From positions 416,001 to 480,000 of the forward strand of contig CAWBAT010000006.1 in the NCBI GenBank assembly GCA_963786955.1: 64,000 nt of DNA. The letters are read 5' to 3'. Numbering within the stretch: the stretch's first letter is position 1; each line of letters starts with the position of its first letter. A program made the position numbers and the translations under genes. The notes below the pieces were generated by a model. The model saw only the letters and a program-made list of their open reading frames with translations, made no database searches and was not told the origin of the DNA. This document shows positions 52,487-62,773 of this stretch, in pieces. The stretch is from an uncultured Acidimicrobiia bacterium. Lineage in GTDB: Bacteria > Acidobacteriota > Terriglobia > Versatilivoradales > Versatilivoraceae.

Positions 52487-52982
52487 ATGCATTCACAAGC
52501 AAAGCCGATCGTCGGTGTCATCATGGGGAGTAAGTCGGATTGGGAGACCCTTCGTCATGCCGATGAGATCTTGACACAGTTTGATGTCCCGCATGAATGC
52601 CGTGTGGTCTCCGCCCATCGCACCCCTAAATGGTTGGCCGAATATGCTGCGCAGGCAGAGTCGAATGGAATAGAAGTGATTATTGCGGGTGCCGGAGGAG
52701 CTGCCCATTTGCCGGGAATGGCAGCGGCCCAAACGATCGTCCCGGTTCTGGGCGTTCCGGTCGAGAGCAAAGCCTTGAAGGGATTAGATTCATTGCTTTC
52801 GATCGTGCAGATGCCAGGAGGCATTCCCGTAGGGTGCTCTAGCTATTGGGAAAGCGGGAGCGATCAACGCTGCGCTTTTGGCAATTGCCATCCTCGCCAA
52901 TTCTCGTCCAGATTTACGCGAGAAACTGCGCGAGTTCCGGAAGAAACAAACCGAAGCCGTTTTGAACGATAGCCTGCCGTAG
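52487..52982 (+). CDS. purE: N5-CAIR mutase, 3' indel
   Basis: [42 protein letters not shown]. Confidence 0.95.
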
Positions 52983-53157
52983 GTGAAATCCACAGTGCCA
53001 TCAGTGTTCAGAGAAATTCATTCACAAGAATGAGTCATACTCTCCCACAAGAACGAGCCTGCTGCGAAAAGAGTCTATGGTGGCGGGGAGAGAGCCTGGA
53101 GCACCCCCATCAATCTGGATATTTTGAAGCTCGCATATTTCAGCGCGTCAATCTCCC

Positions 53158-54307
53158 ATGATTCATCCGATCTTACCTGGAGCCGCGATTGGAGTCCTTG
53201 GAAGCGGCCAACTCGGCCGAATGTTTGCCATTGCGGCCCGGCGAATGGGTTATCGTGTCCACACCTTCTCACCCGAAAGCGACACCCCAACCGGCCAAGT
53301 CGCCGATTTAGAAATTAATTCCCCCTACTTAGATCTTGACCGGGTGCAGGGATTTCGCACGAGGGGTAAGTGTCGTTACCTTTGAATTTGAAAATGTCCC
53401 TGCGGCCACTGCCCGCGCAGCTGCGGAAATCGTCCCAGTCCGGCCGGCCGGTGAAGTCTTGCACATCACCCAGAATCGATTGCGTGAGAAGCTGTTTCTT
53501 TCTCAGCACGGATTGCCGATAACCCGATTTTCGAGGATTACGTGTTGGGACGATCTCGAAAAAGGCATGAAGGAATTGGGCTTTCCTTCCGTGCTCAAGA
53601 CTGCGGGGTATGGTTATGATGGGAAGGGTCAAGTGAAGCTCTATGATTTTGAACAGGCAAAGCAGGTCTATGCGTCATTGGCTCCGCAGGAACTGGTATT
53701 GGAAGAATTTGTGGATTTTCAGAAGGAAGTCTCGGTCGTGGGGGGCAGAAGTCTCGACAGGAAGTTTGCCCATTGGGGGGTCATCGAAAACACCCATGCC
53801 CATCATATTCTGGACGTCTCCATCGCTCCAGCCATTGTCTCCCCCAAAGTCACGCACCAGGCAATTGAAATTACCCGGACCATCATGGAGGAACTCAACG
53901 TAGTCGGCTTATTATGCGTGGAGTTCTTTTTGACTCAAGGCGAAAAGCTGCTCGTTAATGAAGTTGCCCCGCGCCCCCATAACTCGGGACATCTGACTTT
54001 CGATGCTTGTGTCACCAGCCAGTTTGAGCAACAACTTCGTGCGGTCTGTGGCATTCCATTGGGTTCCACGGAACTCCTCCGCCCGGCCGCCATGGCCAAC
54101 ATTCTTGGCGACCTTTGGGGGAATGGAGAACCTGATTGGGTAGCTGCCTGCTCTTTCCCAGAAGTCAAACTACATCTTTATGGGAAACTGACTCCGAAGA
54201 AAGGCCGCAAGATGGGGCATCTCACCGCGTTGGCAGAATCCCCTCAACACGCCGAAAAAATTGTGCGGAGAGCACGATCGGCTCTCACGGCCATGGCGGC
54301 ATGGTGA
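53158..54307 (+). CDS. purK: N5-CAIR synthase, indel near 53350
   Basis: IGVLGSGQLGRM, TFEFENV, GYDGKGQ, NEVAPRPHNSGH, SQFEQQ, HLYGK, GRKMGH. Confidence 0.95.
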
Positions 54308-54399
54308 CTGTCTGAATTCCCCTCCTGGAGATAAGGTGTGAAGATTCAATTTTGGTTTCTCTGCTTGGGTAAGGAGGGGGCTAGGGGGTGGTCGCTCTG

Positions 54400-54661
54400 G
54401 TAGGGCGTGCACGCCGTGCGCGCCGCCATGCCCAAACTGGAGTCGGCGGTCTCAGCGAGACCGCCCTACCCTACCCCCTGGATTCCCCCTTAACCGAGAG
54501 CAGCGCTCGCAGAGCGACAACGAAACCAATTCATTCAAACATTCAGGGGATCTCTGAAAAAATGGAGCTCTCTGTAGGGAACGGACGCTGTTCCGTTCCT
54601 TGTAGAGGGACAAAACCATTTAAGTCTAGCAGCGGGGAACGCTGCGGCGAGCGCTCCCTAC
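54400..54661. repeat. Two inverted GTAG REP doublets (REPIN-like), the first nested within a G/C-tract element
   Basis: GTAGGGCGTGCACGCCGTGCGCGCC...GGCGGTCTCAGCGAGACCGCCCTAC (54400-54469); GTAGGGAACGGACGCTGTTCCGTTCC...GGGAACGCTGCGGCGAGCGCTCCCTAC (54574-54661). Confidence 0.78.
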
Positions 54662-54703
54662 AACGATGCCTGTACCTACCTCTGACCTCGATTCGCTGAG
54701 GAC

Positions 54704-55099
54704 TTAGCTTCTCAACAAGCCTTTAACCCAAACCATCGCGACAAGCGCTGCCGGTTCCTCGCCACGAATGCATACACAATAATTTCCCCGAGCAAGAAAA
54801 GTGGGATGACATAGAACAAAATCACGAGGAATGTCCACGGGGGATAATGGTAAAAGAAAGTAATTCATCCCAAACGCCCCGCCGTAAGTGCGGCCTTGGG
54901 GAGTGACGACCTGCATTTTCTCGCTACATTGCTTGTAACTCATTCCCCAGGATTTCAATTTTTCTTCTGAATAGGTCTGGTAGGGAATAATTTCGAATTG
55001 CTTCTTGAGATCAACCTTTGCAGCAAACGTCGCAAAAGAGGTACAAATGCCACAATCACCATCAAATAACATGAGGGCTTTCGGGTGCTTGTCATCCAT
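54704..55099 (-). CDS. DCC1-like thiol-disulfide oxidoreductase (DUF393), 3' indel
   Basis: LMLFDGDCGICTS (DGxCxxC); YAFVARNR in the shifted frame. Confidence 0.85.
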   Translation of the reverse strand: MDDKHPKALMLFDGDCGICTSFATFAAKVDLKKQFEIIPYQTYSEEKLKSWGMSYKQCSEKMQVVTPQGRTYGGAFGMNYFLLPLSPVDIPRDFVLCHPTFLARGNYCVCIRGEEPAALVAMVWVKGLLRS

Positions 55100-55400
55100 G
55101 TGTTTTACGAAAGTATTTCAACCAAGACCCTCGATTCCATATCCGGTTCGGACAAGACTTCTACCAATGCGTTGCAGCCTCTTACCCGGAATCAGTATAA
55201 CAAAGCTGACTCATTAAGGTCATGACACCCCCACTTCCTTTAGAGATCCGGTACAATAACGTTTCTTCTTTGATTCTGTCATTCTGTGGCAGGATTGTAT
55301 TATTTCACTCTGTAAAAGGCAACGAACAGACCATAGACGGCCAATAGAGTGGCTGGACTGAAGAAGGCACGCATAACCGACAGCCAAGGAGGGACTTCAT

Positions 55401-56142
55401 ATGAGACTTCAGAACAAAATCACACTCATTACCGGCGCGGCCCACGGGATAGGTCTTTCCACAGCCATCCGGTTTGCTCAGGAAGGGTCCATTGTCATCT
55501 TGACAGACCTTGAAGGACAGCCGGTGAAAATGCTCAGGCCGAAGTCCGAGAGATCTCTCCTCAAAGCACTTTTGTCTGCATGGACGTGGCGAATCGTGAA
55601 TCGGTTCAATGCCGGGTCAATGAGATTCACGAACGTTTTGGCCGAATCGATATATTAATAAACAATGCAGGAATTATCGCAGACGCGCAGTTTTTGAAGA
55701 TGTCGGAACAGGACTGGGACCGTGTCATCGATGTCAACTTGAAAGGCGTTTTCAACTGTACCCAGGCCGTGGCCCCCTTTATGACAGCCCAAGGTTATGG
55801 CAAAATTGTCAACGCCTCCTCAATTTCCGGAGTCTACGGAAATTTCGGACAAACCAATTATGCCGCAGCCAAAGCTGGGGTGATTGCCATGACAAAGGTC
55901 TGGGCACGAGAACTAGGCCCCAAAGGGGTCCTCGTCAATGCACTGGCACCCGGGATTCATTGAAAGCGAAATGATTGCCGCCGTCCCTACAAAAATCCGC
56001 GAAAGTGTCCTTACATAAAACTCCAATGGGCCGAGTAGGAAGGCCTGAGGAAGTTGCCAATGCCTACCTGTTTCTGGCATCCGATGAATCTAGTTTCATT
56101 AACGGGGCCGTCCTCCAGGTCGATGGAGGACTTGTCTTATAG
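55401..56142 (+). CDS. FabG-like short-chain dehydrogenase (3-oxoacyl-ACP / acetoacetyl-CoA reductase), indels
   Basis: [51 protein letters not shown]. Confidence 0.9.
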
Positions 56143-56382
56143 CCGCTTGAGAGCCCTTTTCAGGGAGAATTTGGAATATTGCGGCCGTTTCTGTGATTTG
56201 AAGTTCATCAGTCCCAATTGTGACGGTCGGAGAACACTAATCTGTTCGCGACTCCAAAATCTAAGACCTTCCGGACTTCACACCGGAATCTGAGACTCTG
56301 AATCAGACTCTAAAACTGCCCTCTGCACTCCTAAACTCACAATTTGCGCGGATCTTCCCTTCCAATCACACTTTTCAAACGC

Positions 56383-56430
56383 TAACATTTTTTACAATAT
56401 TGTGACACTTTCTTACATAACTGTGACACT
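56383..56430 (+). promoter_or_regulatory. Phased direct repeats (putative OmpR/PhoB-type operator) upstream of the TonB receptor
   Basis: TAACA/TTACA/TGACA/TTACA/TGACA at 56383, 56392, 56403, 56413 and 56424; TTACA-N4-TGTGACACT repeated with a 21-bp period. Confidence 0.5.
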
Positions 56431-56511
56431 CAGTGAATGAAAATCCAGTCTAATCTCCTCCGCGCGTCACTCACATCAATTTCTATAGACAGAGGAAAAG
56501 GTTTATCTCTT

Positions 56512-59500
56512 ATGAGACAAAGATGCTTTCAACTCGTCGTGGAGAAACTCAGTCTTCTTGTAATGTTGTTGAGCCTGCCGATGATTTTGCTCGGCCAGGA
56601 CGCAACGGGAAAGATCGAAGGAGTCCTTAAAGACCCGCAAGGCGCGGTCGTCACTACGGGGATGATCACGGCAAAACACTTACCAACGGGACTGGAAAAG
56701 TCTACCCACCCCGACGGAGATGGACGGTTTGTCTTTAATTTGATGCCGATTGGCCCCTATCGAATTTCCGTGAATGTGGATGGATTCTCCAGCATCGTTC
56801 GTGAGCCCGTCACGCTCAGTGTGAACGCTTCGCTAAACCTTGTGTTTGATCTCAAAGTGGGATCGACGCAGGAGACGATTGAGATCAAGTCGGATACCCA
56901 GCAGGTCGAGCTCGTCTCCAACACGATTGGAAAGGTGACCACTGAAAGAGAGATCCTGGATTTACCTTTGAACGGGAGGAACTTCGCGCAACTCGGGTTG
57001 CTGCAACCCGGCGCGGCTCCGCTGACTCCGGGGCTGGCGCAAGCCGGCGGGGCCTTGCGAGCCGGTCAGATGTACTCCATTAACGGCCTGCGCCCAGAGT
57101 CCAACAATTTCCTGATCGACGGCGGAAGGAACATGAATAACGTCGATTCGGGTTTTGCATTGAAACCTCCTCTTGATTCGATCGCTGAATTCCGGATTTT
57201 AACGGGAGGCGTACCCGCCGAATTCGGTGAAGCGGCGGCTTCAGTGACCAACCTGGTTTCCCGTTCCGGATCCAATTATTTCCACGGAAGCCTCTATGAA
57301 TTCTTCCGGAATGACGTCTTCGATACGCGAAACTTTTATTCCGAAAATACTCCTCCTCTCAAGCAGAACCAGTTTGGCGGAACCATTGGTGGCCCCATTC
57401 AAAAGAATCGCACCTTTTTCTTCGGATATTACGAAGGATTCCGCAACCGTGAGGGAATCACACGAACCACTACCGTACCCACACCCCTCGAGCGCCAAGG
57501 GGATTTTTCACAGTCTGTGGATGAGTCCGGGCAGGTCCCACCATTATTCAACTATCCTCTTCAGACAACCCTATCCCGGGAATAAATTGCCACCGGGTTC
57601 GATCAATCCAACTTCCCAGCAACTGCTTCAATATTTTCCTCAGGGGAACCTGACACCCAGCCTCTACTCGAGCACGCCGGTTGAGGAGAACGATTCTGAC
57701 CAATTTGGGGTCCGAATTGATCACCGATTTTCCAACACCGACGAGCTATTTGGCCGTTACACCTTCTCCCAAGGCTCTGCTTATGAGCCTATTTCGATCG
57801 CCGGGGCAGACGTGCCCGGATTCCCCATCGGAAATAACTTGCGCACTCAAAACTTCCTAGTCGCGGAGACCCACACATTTTCTCCGGTCATCTTGAATTA
57901 TTTCCGCTTTTCATATTTCAGAAACAACTTTGACTTTGATCAGCGCTTTAACCAGACACCCCCGTCTTCCGTGGGATTCAATATCACCCCAACACTGCCT
58001 GATGCGGCAGGGATTCCCTTCATCAACACCGTTGGATTTGCCGCCATCGGCAATCCCATTACAGGGCCGCGTGAGACGCTTCAAAATTCCTATGAAGTCA
58101 ATGATTCCGTTACGTGGATTCATGGCCATCACAATATTAAATTTGGCGGCGAGTATCGGCGGAATCTGGTCAACGTGACGCAAGGGATTGCCAGCAATGG
58201 TTTTTTCGTCATGGCGGGCTTCCCGGTAACCAATCCCTTTGCCAATTTCCTGCTGGGCGCGCCGGTCGTCTTCCTCCAGGGCGGAGGCATACTCCCCCGC
58301 GAATTGAAAAATAATGACTTGGTGTTTTTTGGACAGGACGAGATCAAAGTAAGCTCACGACTCACTCTCAACCTCGGCCTGCGATATCAGATCAACACGC
58401 CTAACATCGAGGCGAACGACCGTCTAGCGGGTTGGGAACCGGGAGTCCAGTCGGTCGTGATGCCCTCAGCTCCAACAAACCTTGTCTATCCAGGTGATCC
58501 AGGGGTTCCACAAGGTCTCATCCCAACCTATTGGAAAGGGTTGTCGCCACGTGTTGGATTCGCCTGGGATCCAACCGGAAGCGGCATGATGAGCGTGCGC
58601 GCATCGTATGGAGTCTTTTTCGAGTCGATTGCTAGTGGCCAGGGGGGGATCATTCAGGCGCCCATAAGTGCCCCGCCCTATTTGCAGACTCCTCAGGTGA
58701 ACAATATATTTCTGTCGCCCTTCGGATTTCCGGCTCCTACTTTCCAGGACCCGTTCCTTGGAAATCCCAACCCATTTCCCCCTGGGCAATTTGTTCCCTC
58801 CCTGACCCACCTGACCCTTGATAGCAACCTTAAGCCGCCTTATGTTCAAAATTGGAATCTGTCCATTCAGCGCTTGTTTGCCCAAAATTATCTTTTTGAA
58901 ATCCGTTATGTCGGAACAAAAGGCACTCGCCTTCCCCGGTTCATTGAAGGGAATCCGGCAATTTATAACCCTAATGGGCCCGATAAGCCCAGTATTGATC
59001 GACGCCGAATCTACGCTGGGTGTATAGAACCGGACGGCCCTTGTGACTTCGCTTCGATAGGCCTGATTTCAGGCTCGACCAACTCCACGTATCATGCGAT
59101 GCAAGTCAGCCTCAATCGCCGTTTCTCGAATGGGTTGTACTTCAATCTCGCCTACACGCTTTCCAAGAGTTTGGACTACGTCTCATCCCTCAATGAGTCT
59201 GGCTCATCCAATAACAACATCGTCGGAGAAAACGACCTTCCCCAAAATCCCTTTGATTGGCGGGCAGAGCACGGAGCTTCATTATTTGACGCACGCCACC
59301 GCTTTGTGGTTAGTGCCTCATGGGAAATCCCTGTGCCCAAGGACCTGTCCAAAGGGGCCCGCGTCCTCTTGGGAAATTGGCAATTGAATGCGATTGGAAA
59401 TTTCAGCAGCGCTACTCCTTTTTCGGTCTATGACAGCACCGACGTCTCCCAGCAGGGTAGCGCGCCGGAGATCACGGGGTTTTCGGCCAACCGTCCAAAC

Positions 59501-59839
59501 CTCGTCAGTGACCCGAACACAGGTCCCAAGACTCCTGATCAATGGTTCAACACGCAGGCATTTCAGCGACTCGACCCGGTCTCGAATGCCGGACAGTTTG
59601 GTAACGAAGGTCGCAACGTCGTTCGGGGCGATGGCTATCAAGTGTTGGATTTGTCGCTCTTGAAGAGTTTTCCCTTCCAGGAGTCCAAACAGATTCAATT
59701 TCGCGCCGAGTGCTTCAACGTTGCCAACCATCCAAATTTCTATGCTCCCCAAACCGACATTGGGTCACCGAATTTTGGAAGAATGTTGCAGGCCGGCCCT
59801 TCCAGAGTCTTTCAATTTGGGCTAAAATTCATATTCTAG
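56512..59839 (+). CDS. TonB-dependent receptor, Oar/CnaB-type with carboxypeptidase-regulatory N-terminal domain; indel near 57555
   Basis: GKIEGVLKDPQGAVV, DLPLNGRNFAQL, NNFLIDG, YEFFRND.FD.RNF, LNLGLRY, C-terminal RVFQFGLKFIF. Confidence 0.93.
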
Positions 59840-59962
59840 TGTTGACCGAGGAAACGATCGGGGTAAATGCGCACAGGTCAAGGGGGTACGGCACGTTACA
59901 CTTTGACTTGTTGGTGCATTATCTCTTTTCTTTTTCAATGAGAATGGAATGAGGATTGGCGA

Positions 59963-61176
59963 TTGATAAAGCGATTGCTTTCTGTTTTTCTCACCCTGCT
60001 GACTCTTATTTCCATTGCACTGGTCTTTATCCCTGCGTTCTTAATTCGTCCCTTTGCCGCCCAATCGTATACCGGGTTGCTGCTCTCCTTTCGGCTTCGA
60101 AGCCTAAGCCCCAATCTTACTTTTTGGTTACTGGCGGCTGCATTATTACCGATTCTCTTCCTGTGGATAAAGAGTTCTTCTCGAAGGACCAAGACTCTCT
60201 TGGCATTGGCCGGCACCTTGCTTTTAGCTTCCGCCATCCTCTCCCGGCAAAACCATTTTGAATGGATGTTTCATCCTGCTCCTCCAGCAAAATTCCTGGA
60301 GGCTGCAAAATCATCCCACATCAAAGATTCCGATATGGTGTTAGGCGTCCAGGTTGGGAGCGAATCTCGAGCCTATCCGGTCAGAATGATGGCATATCCA
60401 CCATCTCATCAATGACACTATTCATGGTGTGCCCATCGTTGTGACCTACTGAACGCTCTGCCACACCGGTCTGGTGTGGAAATCGACCGTGGATGGTCAA
60501 ATTTTGCACTTCCGTTTGGCGGGTATTAACAACCAGAATTTCATCATGCAAGATGAAGAAACGGGACTTGGTGGCAGCAAGTGTCCGGAGAAGCGATTTT
60601 AGGTCCACTCAAGGGGAAACGCCTTGAGCCGATTGAGTGGGACGAAGTCAGTTTTGGGTTGTGGAAGCATGAACACCCTCAAGGCGTTGTACTAAAAGAC
60701 GACGAAAAGCAGCGAAAAAATTACGCCACGGAGGATTGGGAAACCCAGATTTTGAAGCGGCCCGTAGTGACCCGCCATAAATCGGATGATCCTTTGAAAC
60801 CCAGGGACCTCGTGTTTGGGGTTGAATGGAACGGGATTGCAAAGGCTTATCCTTTTGAAACCCTCAAAAAACAGAACCCCGTAATGGATACCATTGGGAA
60901 CCTGCCTCTCCTCATTGTCGTGGACATTGATGGGAAATCCCTTCGCTGCTTTGACCGCGGGGTGGATGGCAAACCCTACGATTTCTTCCTGAGGCCAAGC
61001 CAGAATCACTTTGACCCTTTTCGATAGCCAGACGGGGAGTGAGTGGGATTTTTCCGGAACTGCGAGTAAGCGGTGCCATGAAGGGAAAGACTCTGAGGCG
61101 TATTCCGGCACTCAAAGACTTCTGGTTTGACTGGAAAATCTATCATCCACTGACTAAAGTTTATATGGGAACGTAG
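59963..61176 (+). CDS. Membrane-anchored DUF3179 family protein, probable selenoprotein (UxxC), plus indels
   Basis: 3 TM helices, DMVLGV..GSESRAYP, HLINDT..GVPIVVTY-TGA-TLCHTG, W.Q.SGEAI.GPL.G..L, C-terminal FW.DWK..HP.T. Confidence 0.85.
60461..60479 (+). promoter_or_regulatory. Bacterial SECIS-like hairpin after TGA 60450
   Basis: CCACACC-GGTCT-GGTGTGG, 7-bp perfect stem with loop G 16-17 nt after UGA. Confidence 0.75.
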
Positions 61177-61231
61177 CGGGCTTTCCGGACCTGCGGCCAT
61201 TCTGTAGGGAACGCTCGCCGTAGCGTTCCCC
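61173..61231 (+). repeat. GTAG REP-like units
   Basis: GTAGGGAACGCTCGCCGTAGCGTTCCCC (61204-61231) nearly equals the reverse complement of 54634-54661; another GTAG unit overlaps the DUF3179 stop. Confidence 0.65.
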
Positions 61232-61373
61232 TTCTTCTGCGGCAAACATTGCAGATTCGTGGTTCATGTGTATTTAAACACCTCATAAAAATCTTGCCAA
61301 AGACACTAACCGGAATTCATATTAAGATCAGGATTAAACCAGAACGTCAGTGAACGCAGACGAGAGGCGCAGG

Positions 61374-62585
61374 ATGACAGCAAATCAAGAGAAGAGTCCG
61401 ATGGAAAAACAAGGCTGGATACAGATGTTTGGAATCGCCCAGGCCGAGGGCGAGTTGAAAGCGCTATACGAATCAATGAGATCGCATTCCGGGGCTCGAC
61501 CCACCGTTTATGACTCGCCTTCCGGCGACGCAGCCAATATTGTCAAGGCCCACAGTCTTGATCCTGAAGGGCTTCGACTGACTTTTTCTTGCAGTTCCGC
61601 CATCCATTGGAGTCCCTATTCGTTGCCTTGGGAGAAGCGGGAGATGATCAACACGGTCACTTCCGGGGCAAACAATTGTTATTACTGAGTGTCTGCTCAC
61701 GCAGAGTTTCTGCGTGCTGCCACAAACGATGCGTATCTAGCCACTCAGATCAAGTCGGATTTCCGCCACGCCAAATTAAGCGGACAAGATTTCCGGATGC
61801 TGGAGTTCGTTGAGAAATTAAGTCTCTATCCTTGGATGGTGGCAGCAAACGATATCCAGGGGTTGAGAGATGTTGGTTTCAGCGACTTGGAAATTCTCCA
61901 TGTTGTGCTCGGGTGTTCCCATTTCAACTACCTGAATCGAATCGCGGATGGAGTAGGCATTCAATTCGAATACCATACTGATCTGCCTGATTTTGAAAAA
62001 CCTCCAGCCGATTCACCCCAAAAGGAGCCATCTACGCGAGGCGCGTCTTCTCAGCCTCCTTCCCATCTACTATCGGGCCCTTGGATTGACTACCCCCGGA
62101 ATCAAGACCCCTTCTTTGGCCCCGACGAACCAAGGCTCTTCTTTCTGATCATGGGACCCAATCCTGACGCACAGTCTTTGGTCAGAGCTTGGCGGGCCTA
62201 TCAATTGGCACCCAGCCCTTTATTGGACGCCCGCCTTCGTGGCCAATTGGCGCTGTATGTCTCAGGAATTAACTATTGTGAGTATAGCTGTGCCTGGTTC
62301 ATGCAAACCCTCAAATCCTTGGGAGAAAGTGCATCCGCGATGAGTCAACTCTCTTCGGGTCAAAGGCCTGCTCATCTCTCCGACGTGGAGACTTCTCTAT
62401 TCGACTTTGCCGAGCTTTTGACTCAAGAGGCCTGGAAAACGACCGAATCTCATATCGAGAATTTTCGGGCGCACGGTTTGGACGACAGGACTCTGCTGAA
62501 GGTCATGATGCTCGTAAGCTATGTTAACTTCGAAAACCGGGTTGCCCTGGGTCTGGGACTTCCTCCTGAAAGCCCTGCCAAATAA
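61374..62585 (+). CDS. Two-domain AhpD/CMD peroxidase-related protein, probable selenoprotein (CYYU) read through TGA 61686
   Basis: REMINTVTSGANNCYY-TGA-VSAHAEFL continues in frame into FNYLNRIADG; second domain has SGINYCEYS...NFENRVALGLG; start 61374 or 61401. Confidence 0.88.
61698..61716 (+). promoter_or_regulatory. Bacterial SECIS-like hairpin after TGA 61686
   Basis: CACGCAGA-GTT-TCTGCGTG perfect 8-bp stem with apical GU 18 nt after UGA. Confidence 0.78.
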
Positions 62586-62773
62586 GGAATGAGTTGGGGG
62601 TCTATTTCCAGAAAACAGTTTGATCTCATTAGCTTTGCCCGTCGGCAGGCCATTCAAATGGACCTGTGATTTCTTATAACCTAATCTTAGCTAAAGTTGT
62701 GGTAAGCTAAGGGTTGGCCTAATTATCAGTCTCTTTGGAGACTTGAATAGAATTGAGGAAAGGGAGAACATTC

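Noticed and set aside
2357-61176. Widespread frameshifts as mass pseudogenisation
   Set aside because: They hit essential genes (prfA, dnaE, holB, rpmE) as isolated 1-nt indels while the protein motifs stay intact. This is best explained by sequencing or assembly error.
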